From contig JAYZAY010000003.1 of assembly GCA_036339465.1 (NCBI GenBank), positions 1-46,091 on the forward strand: 46,091 bases of DNA, given 5' to 3'. Under the pieces are notes generated by a model. The model did no database searches. It was given only the letters and a program-made list of their open reading frames with translations, and was not told the origin of the DNA. This DNA is from Myxococcota bacterium. GTDB lineage: Bacteria > Myxococcota > XYA12-FULL-58-9 > JABJBS01. Shown here piece by piece: positions 11,297 to 21,360 of this stretch (within the stretch, counting starts at the first letter, position 1; each line of letters begins with the position of its first letter). Made by a program: the position numbers and the translations under genes.

Positions 11297-12235
11297 TTAG
11301 GCGTTCTTAAACTGAGCGCGCCCCAACATTGAGTAGCCCTTGAGCAACTCCTCAATACCCACACCAATGCTACGCTTGGCTTCAAAGCCGGCTTCACGTA
11401 AGCGCTGATTTGAGACGATGTAATTTCGTTTGTCGGGATCTTCGCCTATTTCCCCATAGTGAATGTAGAAATTAGGAACAAACTTCTTCACTTCCTCGGC
11501 GAGTTCCGCCTTAGAGAGATTCGCATCATCCAGTCCCACATTGTAGGGCCGGCCCTTCATGGCATCAAAATTCTCGATGGAGTGCATAAAACAATCCGCA
11601 ATGTCTCTAATATGGATATAATTCCGTTTAAAATCCTGCTCAAAAAGCACGATATAACCGTCAGTCAAAGCGGCATAAACAAAATGATTCACCAAAAGGT
11701 CAAGACGCATTTTCGGACTCATCCCAAAAACGGTCGCCAATCTTAAAGTCACCACATTGGGAGAATCCAAGAGAATTCTCTCCGCCTCCACTTTGGTTTG
11801 GCCATAAAGAGTGATCGGTTCTAAGGGAGTATCTTCGGTGCAATAAACTTCGCCAGATTTTGTTCCGTATCCGCTGTTGGTAATGGGCATCAAAACCTGC
11901 TGGCTGGAACTGCGCAACCGGTTGAGCATCTGAACCGAATCAACATTGATGGCCTTGGTCGCCGCCCGGTCCTTCTCACAGGCCTTGGCCCCCACAATAG
12001 CCGCTAAGGGAATGATATGATCCACATCTCGAAGTGCTTCCACCATCACCCGTTCGTCACGGACATCACCGCAGGTGAACTCAAATTCAGGGCGATGACA
12101 CAAGTGAAAAAGGGTATGTTGATTAAACATCAGGTTATCCACTGCCCGGACCCGATAGCCCTTCGCCAACAACTCTTCACAAATCACAGAACCGAGATAA
12201 CCCGCCGCGCCTGTCACCAACACTCGTTCACTCAT
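11297..12235 (-). CDS. NAD-dependent epimerase/dehydrogenase resembling C. jejuni Cj1427 (GDP-heptose C4-dehydrogenase)
   Basis: GAAGYLG, IIPLAAIVGA, PITNSGYG, YGQTK, RLATVFGMSPKMRLDLLVN, FKRNYIHIRD and IGEDPDKRNY match the Cj1427 family sequence as I recall it. Confidence 0.75.
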   Translation of the reverse strand: MSERVLVTGAAGYLGSVICEELLAKGYRVRAVDNLMFNQHTLFHLCHRPEFEFTCGDVRDERVMVEALRDVDHIIPLAAIVGAKACEKDRAATKAINVDSVQMLNRLRSSSQQVLMPITNSGYGTKSGEVYCTEDTPLEPITLYGQTKVEAERILLDSPNVVTLRLATVFGMSPKMRLDLLVNHFVYAALTDGYIVLFEQDFKRNYIHIRDIADCFMHSIENFDAMKGRPYNVGLDDANLSKAELAEEVKKFVPNFYIHYGEIGEDPDKRNYIVSNQRLREAGFEAKRSIGVGIEELLKGYSMLGRAQFKNA

Positions 12236-12350
12236 ATTTAGTCTCCATGGTCTATTTGCCTACATCGACGGATCTCCGAGAGGCTTAACCCTTATTTCTT
12301 AAGTCCTACCAAAATCAAATTCATGGCCACAAACTTAAAAACCTATGTAA

Positions 12351-13340
12351 TTACGATAACTTCATCCCCAATTGAAGTTCATACTCCATCTCTGGAACCT
12401 CCCCAATAAGTGGCTCGTCCCCAATGAACCGGAGGGCCTCTTGGGTGGCCTCAATTTCCATTCGGGTCCGGCAATCCACCGACATGGAACCCATATGAGC
12501 GGTCATGAGGCAATTTTGAAGCTCGCTTAAGGGCCCCGAATACGGTTCCTGCTCAAAAACATCCATGGCCGCGCCCCCAATTTTATTCTGGGTCAGGGCT
12601 TGATGCAGGTCGGCTTCATGGATGATTCCTCCCCGAGACGTGTTGAGCAAAAGCGCATCCGATTTCATCGCCTCCAACTCGGCCAGGCTTATCAAATCAC
12701 GGGTATTTGGAGTTAAAGGCACATGCAGGCTGATGAGATCCGCACGGTCATAGATGGTTTCTTTTTCCACCCACTCAATGGGCAACCCCTCTCCAAGCTT
12801 CAAATTTGGCTGAATATCGTTGCAGAGTATTTTGGGACAATCAAAACCCCTCAGGTGCTCGAGCACCCTCGAACCTACACGGCCCAAACCGATCAACCCC
12901 ACCGTCACTTCTCCCAACCGTCGACCAAAATGGCGATGCCAAATCTTCTGATGCAAATCGGCGTTCGATAGATGAATCCCCCTAAGAAGGCTTAGCATGA
13001 GCCCCACAGAGAGTTCCGCCACCGCTGCAGCTGGCGCGTCTGGCGTATAGGAGACCCGCATTCCCAAACGGCGTGCAGCGGTCAAATCCACGCTGTCGAG
13101 CCCGATTCCAACCCTCGATATAAATTTAAGGCGTTTGGCCCGCTCTAAGACCCGCTCCGTGATTGGCTCAGTGCCCGCAATGAGAACGTCGAATTCGGGA
13201 ATCAGTTCGATTAATTCCTCTTCCGTGAGTTTTTTATTCAGGGGATTGATCACATATTCCAGCCCCCGCTCCTTCATCTGCTCTAAAGGAGTTGGATCTC
13301 GCGTGCCAAAGGGAACCGTGGTCACCAATATCCGAGTCAT
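12351..13340 (-). CDS. D-isomer-specific 2-hydroxyacid dehydrogenase (SerA-like, no ACT domain)
   Basis: SRVGIGLDSVD, GLIGLGRVG, ISLHVPLT, LNTSRG, DVFEQEP, TAHMGS. Confidence 0.85.
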   Translation of the reverse strand: MTRILVTTVPFGTRDPTPLEQMKERGLEYVINPLNKKLTEEELIELIPEFDVLIAGTEPITERVLERAKRLKFISRVGIGLDSVDLTAARRLGMRVSYTPDAPAAAVAELSVGLMLSLLRGIHLSNADLHQKIWHRHFGRRLGEVTVGLIGLGRVGSRVLEHLRGFDCPKILCNDIQPNLKLGEGLPIEWVEKETIYDRADLISLHVPLTPNTRDLISLAELEAMKSDALLLNTSRGGIIHEADLHQALTQNKIGGAAMDVFEQEPYSGPLSELQNCLMTAHMGSMSVDCRTRMEIEATQEALRFIGDEPLIGEVPEMEYELQLGMKLS

Positions 13341-13468
13341 AAACGCCCTCCTAAGATAACCGAGATGCTAAATCGTTATCAATTTTCGTCAATTTAATCA
13401 CACAATCAGGACCCAAGATTTCAGAGAATCGGGCCTCATTCCATGAAAAACATTTAAATCTGGTCACC

Positions 13469-15151
13469 ATGGATCTAGAGTGGTTGAAGATGACAACCAA
13501 AAAACCCGACCTCATGCCAAAAGTGAAAAACCTCCAGAGCGCGGCCATGGAAGCTTTTGGAAAAACCCAATATCGCGAATGCATCAGCCATCTCCAAGAA
13601 GCCCTTAAATTGGCGCCCAAACACCAAGAGACCTACTACAATCTCGGTGTGGCTCTCATGGCCATCAACGAGCAGCAGCCAGCGATTACCTGCTTCAAGC
13701 AAGCCATCAAACTCAACGCCCGTGACGCCGACGCATTCAACAATTTGGGTTTGGTCTATATCGCTCAGGGAAAAGTAACTGAAGCATCCAAAGCTTTTCA
13801 AAGTGCGATCGATATAAACCCAACTCTGCTCGAAGCCCACGGAAATCTGGGCAATGCCCTACGAACCCGAGGCTTACTTGAAGAATCCTGGAATTGCTTT
13901 CAACATGCCCTTCACATGGCACCCAAAAATGCAGACATCCATAAAACCCTACTCTTAACCTTGATGTACATGCCAGGCCAAACCAATCAAATGGTCTTTG
14001 AGCAGGTGTGCCGATTTCAGGATTCACACGAAACAATGCTGGGTGTCCGCCCGCCAATGCGCCAAACCTCAAATAAAAAACTTCGTATCGGTTATGTTTC
14101 GTCTGATTTTAAAAACCACCCCGTGGGAATCAACCTGGCTCCGCTCATCGAACATCACAACCACCAAGATTTTGAGATTTTTCTCTACGGCGAAGTTCCC
14201 AATCACGATGTATTCACCCAAAACTTTCAAACTTGGGCCGACCATTGGCGCAGCACCGTAAACAAAACCGATGCAGAAGTCGCGGCGCAAATAAAACACG
14301 ACCAAATCGACATTCTCATTTTTCTCGCCGGGATTCTCGATAACAATCGCCTTCTACTCGCCAACCAACGTGCTGCGCCCATACAAGTCAGCTACCACAA
14401 CCTCACCTCCACGGGGCTAAAGAGTATCGACTATTGGCTCACCGACTCCTACCTTCATCCCGAGAACAAGAGCGAATCGTTTACAGAAAGCCTGCTTCAT
14501 CTCCCCCAATTCTATGTCTATCCAGCCATGAATCAAAGTCCTGAAATCACTCCAACGCCAGCCCTCAAACAAGGGCACATCACCTTTGGTTCTTTCAACA
14601 ATCCCGCCAAACTCAATCACCAAGTCTTAGAACTTTGGGCCGCGTTATTACTGGCCACGAAAAACTCCAAACTCCTCTTAAAGTACGCCGGGGTATTTCA
14701 ATCCGCAGACAATCGAAATCGATTTCTGGAAAAATTTGCATCTTTCGGAGTCGACAAAGACCGAATCCTATTTCAATCTCAAAAAGAGCCACAGATAGAC
14801 CATCTTGCCCGGTATGGCCAGGTGGATATCGCCCTCGACCCCTTTCCCTTCAATGGTGCCACCACCACCTTTGAGGCTTTGTGGATGGGCGTGCCTGTGG
14901 TCACGCTAAAGGGCCACAATTTCCGTTCCCGAGCCGCCGGATCTATCCTACACATCCTCGGACTAGACCATTGGATTGCAGAGAGCGCCGAGCAATACAT
15001 AGCGATTGCCAAAAAAATGAGCTCAGATTTCCGTGCGCTTAATCAGCTTCGCCAAGGATTACGACCGCGAATGATAAAATCCAGATTGTGCGATGGCGCA
15101 ACCTACGCCAAACACCTAGAAAGCATTCTGAAAATCATCGTCACCTCGTAA
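13469..15151 (+). CDS. TPR-containing GT41 (O-GlcNAc transferase/SPINDLY-like) protein glycosyltransferase
   Basis: N-terminal TPRs (YYNLGVAL, FNNLGLVY, HGNLGNAL), then LRIGYVSSDFKNHPVG, RAAPIQVS, TFGSFNNPAKL and DIALDPFPFNGATTTFEALWMGVPVVTL. Confidence 0.9.
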   Translation: MDLEWLKMTTKKPDLMPKVKNLQSAAMEAFGKTQYRECISHLQEALKLAPKHQETYYNLGVALMAINEQQPAITCFKQAIKLNARDADAFNNLGLVYIAQGKVTEASKAFQSAIDINPTLLEAHGNLGNALRTRGLLEESWNCFQHALHMAPKNADIHKTLLLTLMYMPGQTNQMVFEQVCRFQDSHETMLGVRPPMRQTSNKKLRIGYVSSDFKNHPVGINLAPLIEHHNHQDFEIFLYGEVPNHDVFTQNFQTWADHWRSTVNKTDAEVAAQIKHDQIDILIFLAGILDNNRLLLANQRAAPIQVSYHNLTSTGLKSIDYWLTDSYLHPENKSESFTESLLHLPQFYVYPAMNQSPEITPTPALKQGHITFGSFNNPAKLNHQVLELWAALLLATKNSKLLLKYAGVFQSADNRNRFLEKFASFGVDKDRILFQSQKEPQIDHLARYGQVDIALDPFPFNGATTTFEALWMGVPVVTLKGHNFRSRAAGSILHILGLDHWIAESAEQYIAIAKKMSSDFRALNQLRQGLRPRMIKSRLCDGATYAKHLESILKIIVTS

Positions 15152-15175
15152 CCTCGATACATTGATCCCAACCTT

Positions 15176-15217
15176 GACTTCTAGGCATAGACTTCTAGGC
15201 ATAGACTTCTAGGCATA
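15176..15217. repeat. Tandem repeat (GACTTCTAGGCATA)x3 between convergent genes
   Basis: Three exact 14-bp copies at 15176, 15190 and 15204. Confidence 0.9.
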
Positions 15218-15230
15218 CCTTCTGTGCAAC

Positions 15231-15773
15231 TCATTCAAAAGTCGCCACATAATTCCCATACCTATGCTGGCGAGCATCCCAATCCGCCCTCAAAAGCTCC
15301 ATCCAAACTATCTCATGAGAAACACCATTTTTTACCATCTGCCGCTTCTTCATTTCCACCTCTCGGTATCCATGAATCTCGTGCATGCGAATAACATTGA
15401 TGTTTTCAGAAAAGACTGGGCCTTCAATTTTTTCTAGGTCAGACGCCCGCTCATAAAAGAGGTAATTGTAAAGACAGGGAGGCACAAAACCACCCAAGCG
15501 GCTATATTTGAGTTCGCCAATATACCATCCCCAAGAAGTCGTCTTCAGATCGGGATTGTAATCCGCAAGATTCACGACACCTATGGGCTGGCTGGCATAT
15601 TCAATCACCCAAGACATCGTCTCAGGCAACGCCACAATCCGCCTCAGCCAAGCCTCCTGCTTCTCTAAATCATACTCGACATCTGTCAATAGATACCGAT
15701 TAATTTCCGGTTGCACCCGCCAATCCATCGTAAGTTTGGCATCCGACAAACGTATTTTTCTAAACGCAAACAA
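15231..15773 (-). CDS. pseH: PseH-like GNAT N-acetyltransferase
   Basis: WRVQPEINRY...QEAWL...WGWYIG...VFSENINVIRMHEIHGY; located next to pseG and pseI. Confidence 0.7.
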   Translation of the reverse strand: MFAFRKIRLSDAKLTMDWRVQPEINRYLLTDVEYDLEKQEAWLRRIVALPETMSWVIEYASQPIGVVNLADYNPDLKTTSWGWYIGELKYSRLGGFVPPCLYNYLFYERASDLEKIEGPVFSENINVIRMHEIHGYREVEMKKRQMVKNGVSHEIVWMELLRADWDARQHRYGNYVATFE

Positions 15774-15990
15774 TGCTTACAATCCTAATTTGAACTTCTA
15801 TAAAAATATTTCACCAGAGTGGCTCGTTTTCAAAATAACTGGGCTTCAAAACATAGCGCCCAGCTTCCTAAAGTAACATTAAATATCCCAATAAGTTGAT
15901 TTCCTAAAGAATTTGTACCCAACTTATCACAAACCCGGTGGGCTCGAGAGATCTCGCCACCGCAGAAGTCACTTATGAGACAGGACGTCA

Positions 15991-17028
15991 TTGAGTATGG
16001 TAAACGTGGCGGTGAGAACCGATGCCAACACGAAGATCGGGACTGGCCACTTCATGCGGTGCTTAACCCTGGCCAATGCGCTTCAGCGGGGCGGAGCAGA
16101 GTGCGAATTCCTATGCCTGAGCGTCCCTCCTCCCCTACAACACCAAGCCGAAACCTACGGTCATCAAGTAACCCTGCTTAAAAGCGAAGCAGAGGTGCTG
16201 AAGCATCTCGCCTCCAAAAAAAATCACTGGCTGCTGGTCGACCACTACGACTTAGAGCTCCACTTTGAACAACAAGCTCGCCCCTTCACCCAAGCCCTGC
16301 TGGTCATTGAAGACCTCCAAGGGCGCCACCACGCCTGCACCCACCTTCTAGACGCATCTCCTCTCAGAGTTCCGGAGGATTTATCGGCGTTTATTCCCAC
16401 CACGTGCACCCTCTTTCTCGGCCCCCAATACGCATTGCTGCGGCCTGAATTTCTAGCGCATCGCAGACCCCACAGAGCCCGCTGGCAACGAGGCTTTATT
16501 TCCTTGGGCGGAGCTGACCCCAACAATCAATGCCTGGCTCTTTTAAACTTCATTCATCATTCTAAACACCTAAGAAAGTTTCAATGGACTTTAGTCGCCG
16601 GACCTGCAAACCCCCACCTCAAAAGCCTGAAGCACTTTGCCAGCACCTGCGACTTCAAGCTCACCCTGCTCCCATCCTCCAATCAAATCGCAGCCCTGAT
16701 GGCCGAACACGATTTCGCCATCGGTGCAGGAGGGGGCATGACCCTAGAGCGCGCCTGTATCGGGCTCCCCACACTCGCCATCGCCATCGCAGACAACCAA
16801 GAGCCCAGCATCCAAATGCTCCGGCAATTTGACCTCGCCGAAACCCTCGAACTCAAGGACCTAAATACCCAAAATATTGAAGAAAGCTTAAACCGCCTCC
16901 AAAAAAACTCATCCCTCTATTTTCAACGAAACCAAAACTTCGTCGATGGATTAGGAGCCCAGAGAATCGCCAAAGCCATGCTCGGGCTCAAAGACGCTCC
17001 ACCGGAGCAAAAGGTGACGCCATGCTGA
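15991..17028 (+). CDS. pseG: UDP-2,4-diacetamido-2,4,6-trideoxy-beta-L-altropyranose hydrolase
   Basis: RTDANTKIGTGHFMRCLTLA, LLVDHY, GPQYALLRPEF, GGADP, AIGAGG.TLER...GLP, ADNQ. Confidence 0.9.
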   Translation: MSMVNVAVRTDANTKIGTGHFMRCLTLANALQRGGAECEFLCLSVPPPLQHQAETYGHQVTLLKSEAEVLKHLASKKNHWLLVDHYDLELHFEQQARPFTQALLVIEDLQGRHHACTHLLDASPLRVPEDLSAFIPTTCTLFLGPQYALLRPEFLAHRRPHRARWQRGFISLGGADPNNQCLALLNFIHHSKHLRKFQWTLVAGPANPHLKSLKHFASTCDFKLTLLPSSNQIAALMAEHDFAIGAGGGMTLERACIGLPTLAIAIADNQEPSIQMLRQFDLAETLELKDLNTQNIEESLNRLQKNSSLYFQRNQNFVDGLGAQRIAKAMLGLKDAPPEQKVTPC

Positions 17029-18065
17029 TTGGAAACCAAAACGTAGGACAAGGCCATCCGCCGTTTATCGTGGCAGAAATGTCGGGCAATCATAATCAAT
17101 CCCTCGACCGAGCCCTGGCCATCGTGGATGCCGCGGCCCAAGCAGGTGCCCACGCCATCAAGCTCCAAACCTATACCGCCGACACCATCACCCTCGATGT
17201 CCAGGATAAAGAGTTCTACATCTCAGCCCCCAAGAGTCTGTGGAAAGGCCAATCCCTGCACGAGCTCTACCAAAAGGCCTATACCCCTTGGGAATGGCAC
17301 CGCCCCATCATAAAACGGGCCCAAGAAAAAGGTCTCTTGTGCTTCAGCTCTCCCTTTGACCACAGCGCCGTGGATTTCCTCGAAGCGCTCGGTGTACCCG
17401 CCTATAAAATCGCCTCATTTGAAAACACCGACCTCCCCTTGATTCGCAAAGTCGCCAGCACCGGTAAGCCCATCATCATTTCCACTGGCATGGCTTCCAT
17501 TGCCGAGCTCGGCGAAACCGTCGCCTGCGTACGAAATGCAGGATGCGAAGATCTCATCCTACTAAAATGTACCAGCACCTACCCAGCCAGCCCAGAAAAC
17601 ACCAACATCTCCACCATTCCCCACATGCGCGACCTTTTCCAATGCGAAGTCGGACTCTCAGATCATACCATGGGTGTGGGCGTTTCGGTGGCATCAGTCG
17701 CACTTGGAGCCACGGTCATCGAAAAACATTTCACCCTCAGCCGTGAAGATGGAGGAGTCGACAGCACCTTCTCCCTTGAACCCCATGAGCTTCAAAGTCT
17801 CGTGATAGAATCAAAACGGGCCTGGCAAGCGCTCGGCACCATCACCTATGGAGCGACCCAGGCCGAACAAAGCTCACACAAAAATCGGCGTTCCCTCTAC
17901 ATCGCGAAGGATATGCAACCCGGAGACATTCTAACCCCGGAAAACCTACGATGCGTGCGGCCTGGCCTCGGCCTCCCACCCAAGTACTATGACATTTGCT
18001 TAGGGCGTAAAGTCAAACAAGCCGCCCCAAAAGGTACCGCTATGACCTGGGAACTTATCGCTTAA
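17022..18065 (+). CDS. pseI: Pseudaminic acid synthase
   Basis: IVAEMSGNHNQS, KLQTYTADT, YTPWEWH, KIASFE, GLSDHT, IEKHFT and a C-terminal SAF domain; overlaps the end of pseG. Confidence 0.93.
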   Translation: MLIGNQNVGQGHPPFIVAEMSGNHNQSLDRALAIVDAAAQAGAHAIKLQTYTADTITLDVQDKEFYISAPKSLWKGQSLHELYQKAYTPWEWHRPIIKRAQEKGLLCFSSPFDHSAVDFLEALGVPAYKIASFENTDLPLIRKVASTGKPIIISTGMASIAELGETVACVRNAGCEDLILLKCTSTYPASPENTNISTIPHMRDLFQCEVGLSDHTMGVGVSVASVALGATVIEKHFTLSREDGGVDSTFSLEPHELQSLVIESKRAWQALGTITYGATQAEQSSHKNRRSLYIAKDMQPGDILTPENLRCVRPGLGLPPKYYDICLGRKVKQAAPKGTAMTWELIA

Positions 18066-18583
18066 AGTAAATCAACCAGAAAAACTGCCGTGCCCTTTAC
18101 CTGGCCAAGGCCTCAAAGTAGGGCTTTCGTTGTTTCTTTAACCGCCCCAAAATAGTTTAAGGACTATTCTCAGTTTGGCGTTCCTTTTGCAGATTTCATT
18201 ATACCTGTTTTCGGAATCGAATCCCAAACCACATTAAGGCCGTGACGTTTGGCCATAAATATCCGTCCACCAAGATAAGCCTACTGCAAAGAAGCAAAAT
18301 CTGGTTCCTTAAGTAGTAACAGACCGTCGATGATAGTGGTCTCTGACGCTTCACCAGGCCACTCCCCTTTTCAGCCAAGGGATGCCATGGCCTTATGAGC
18401 AATCCGCTCGGGCGATCCTACCTAGGTCTTCGGGAAGAGGGGGGGGCGATGGCCCTTTCTCGGCTTACATGGACGGTGGATTCATTCTGGCTACGTAGCC
18501 TCTTCGTGTGCCGTCTTATAGTTGGTGGGCTTGAGTATATCGGCGACCTCTGAAAGACTCTATTTGCAAGAGAAGGGGAACGA

Positions 18584-19647
18584 AATGCGCTCTTTTAATT
18601 CGATTCAGCTGGCTCTGCTTCTAACTGCCTTGGTTGGACCTGTGGGGTGCGGAAATTATTTGGATATTCAACGTGCCAAACCTAAGGGGCCCCAATGGTG
18701 TTGAGGCTTTTTCCTTAGCACTCTCCGAAGCTTCTTTGGCATCCCAACAACTCCTAGCCGCCTCGGTGCAGCGGCTTCTCGTGTCACCACAAAGAGTCCA
18801 TTTGCACCACAATCACCTCGAAAGCATTACTCTCGCGAGCGATTCCGAAGGCAGAGTGATGGGCCAGCGGAAGTTTGGCCCCTACGGGAAATTGGTCGAA
18901 GAGACAGGCTTTGTTGACACCTACGGCTTCACGGGACAGGAATCAGACGCTTCCACCGGGCTGCTACATTTTAAATGGCGGTATCTCGATACCCAAGCGG
19001 GCCGCTGGAGTAGCCCTGACCCTGCCTTTGATCTTTTGAATGGGGGCAAGGTTTTGCGCCACGGAGAAGCGAGCAACCGCTACGGCTACGTTGCCAATGG
19101 AGCCATCAATAATTTAGACCCCTCCGGTTTAGAGAAGAAAACCGCAACTAAGAAGACGACTAAAGCGACTAAAGCGACTAAAGCGACTAAAGCGAAGAAA
19201 GCGAAGAAAGCGAAGAAAGCGAAGAAAGCGAAGGCTGAGAAGTTTGGCTACAATTCAAAAAACAAAGCGAATCAAACCGCCGCAGGGAGCGATGGCTTCG
19301 CCTACCAAGTAGAGGACGTATCGGCTGGCGACCCCGGTAAGCGTTACGCCCGCAAAGGCAATGACGACGGCGACTACAGCTACAAAAAAGGCACAAAAAA
19401 ATCGACGGATATTGGCATGAAAATAAAGAACTTTTTGAGTGGCTTAAGAAAAAAGGTTAGCGCTCCTAAGACGGGGGACTCGTCTAGGTCACTATATCTT
19501 GGTCGCGACCCCCCTATACCCAGCTTTGATGGAAATAGAAAAGGGCCTCGTAGTAAAGGAGATGCTCAAATCTTCATGGAGTTGGGGCAAGTAGATGTGA
19601 CGCCCATCCGAAATATGAGTTTTGAGAGTTGGAACGAGATCCTGTGA
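18584..19647 (+). pseudogene. Truncated Rhs-associated core domain gene with a basic variable C-terminus, preceded by an out-of-frame lipoprotein-signal fragment
   Basis: HHNHLESI...FGPYG...YGFTGQESD..TGLLHFKWRYLD...GRWSSPDP...NRYGYV..GAINNLDPSG. The YD-repeat body is absent. The upstream frame MRSFNSIQLALLLTALVGPVGC ends at 18704. Confidence 0.7.
19158..19232 (+). repeat. 9-bp tandem repeats (GACTAAAGC then GAAGAAAGC) encoding TKA/KKA
   Basis: Directly visible just after the Rhs DPxG motif. Confidence 0.85.
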
Positions 19648-19857
19648 CGCCCATCCGAAATAGTCGTTTCCTACAAGGATATTTGGAGCCTATCTAGCCA
19701 GTAGTATTAATAGACATTCTCGATGTGCCAGTCCATGTCTTCTTTAAAGGACATGTGTTCGTATTCTAGTGGCTGGCTACCAAAGTAGAACCTACGGTAT
19801 CTCCAGTTACATTGCCGTTGGTATGGGTCGCTTCCCTGTTCAACATGGCTTCGAAAT

Positions 19858-21078
19858 ATGACAGGCTACGAGGGCGACGGAAAAACCTGCGACAACATTA
19901 ACGAATGCAACACCAACAACCACGGCTGTGCACACACCTGAACCCATAGCGATGGCTCTTACTCCTGCTCTTGCGACCCAGGATACGAAGGAACTAATTG
20001 CGAAACCGACATCACTGCAGCGATACCATGTGCATCCGGCCGGGACGTTTCCGCTAAAGTTGATTCTGGCCTCCCACTCCTGGAAAGTGACCCCGATGCT
20101 TCTGTGGCTTTGTTTCTCGATTTTAACGGAGGAGAATACGATAGTAGCAGTTTGGGAAGCATTGATTACGAAGGATACAACCGGGTAGGGAGCCCCGACG
20201 ACTTCGATGCGACCGAACAACATGATATAATTCAATGCTGGGAGTACGTGCGTCCGCACTTTTCCATGTTCGATGTCAACATAACCACCAGCGACGCAGC
20301 TCGTCAGCGGGTTGGCAAATGGGGATGGATTATGATCTCTGAAGGTATCGATGGGGGTCAAGGCTCTACTTCCAGAAGTGCTATAGCTACACCACCCTAC
20401 GCAGTTGTCCGCAGTGGTCCTAGTGCCATTCGTCCCGAAGAAAACGGTGGTGTTGATGATAAATGCCGTCGAGTTACACACGAGCTCGGCCATAACTTCA
20501 CTCTCGCTCACACCGGGGTGTGGGAGCAGAACGAATTTTACAAATGGGAAGACTGGGATGATTGGGATGGAGTCTATGGGACGATTATGGCCGGGGACGG
20601 AAAGGGGCAAACAAACGGATGGAGTTATGGTCAGTACTCGAAAGACAAGTCCAATAAAAAAGCGGGCAAACAGGACACCATGCAAGTGATACGGGACCGT
20701 CTCAAAGATGTCGGTGGTTCGGAGACAGGCTGGAAAGTTACTGATTTTTCAGATGTAGCACCCGTGCCTTTATGCCAAGAACGAAACAATGTGCTCTATC
20801 GGTTTGGGGTTCTTGAAAACCCCGACCACCGCGATATTTTCTGGCTTCGATGGGCCGGAGGAAAACTCATACTCACACGCGGACCGGTGGGTGTTTCGGT
20901 GGCTATTATCAAGATCGGATTCAAGAAGATTCCAGACGACCATGCGTTCCTTGTGCCATTCCATGTGGATTACACTCTTCCAATGGGGCTTTACGAACTT
21001 CACGTTACAAAGCAGAAAGAGCAAGCCCAGTGTACAATGACGTGCCCAGAAAATCTCAAAATCCCTTCTATCTCATGA
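19858..21078 (+). pseudogene. Calcium-binding EGF domain plus metzincin Zn-metalloprotease, interrupted by in-frame TGA (19939-19941)
   Basis: Frame reads MTGYEGDGKTCDNINECNTNNHGCAHT*THSDGSYSCSCDPGYEGTNCE..., continuous with ORF 20104-21078. That ORF carries THELGHNFTLAH and the Met-turn TIMAG. Confidence 0.75.
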
Positions 21079-21360
21079 CCCTCTTCTTGCCTTTTATCCG
21101 GCCCATTCCCATGCATTCTCCAGTATTTTATAGTGCAACAACCGAAGCCCATCCACGCAAACAATATAGGATTGCGCAAGCATTATTTCACGAACCAACT
21201 AACCCAGAACATGAGCCTCCTCTTCAGACCCCACTTCCTAACCCGCCAATGCCATGGCGTGCCGAAGGCGTTCTAACTGCCGCTTTTATTATTCGCGAAT
21301 TCGGCTCTCCAAAAGAGCGTCAACGCTCCTTGATAATCACTCGAATCACCATCCCCTACC

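Noticed and set aside
11293..11397. N-terminal extension of the HddC ORF in the ORF track
   Set aside because: It overlaps the upstream epimerase gene; the ATG at 11292 fits the family start.
19840..20685. 281-aa minus-strand ORF
   Set aside because: It is the antisense shadow of the EGF-metzincin frame and has no recognisable motifs.
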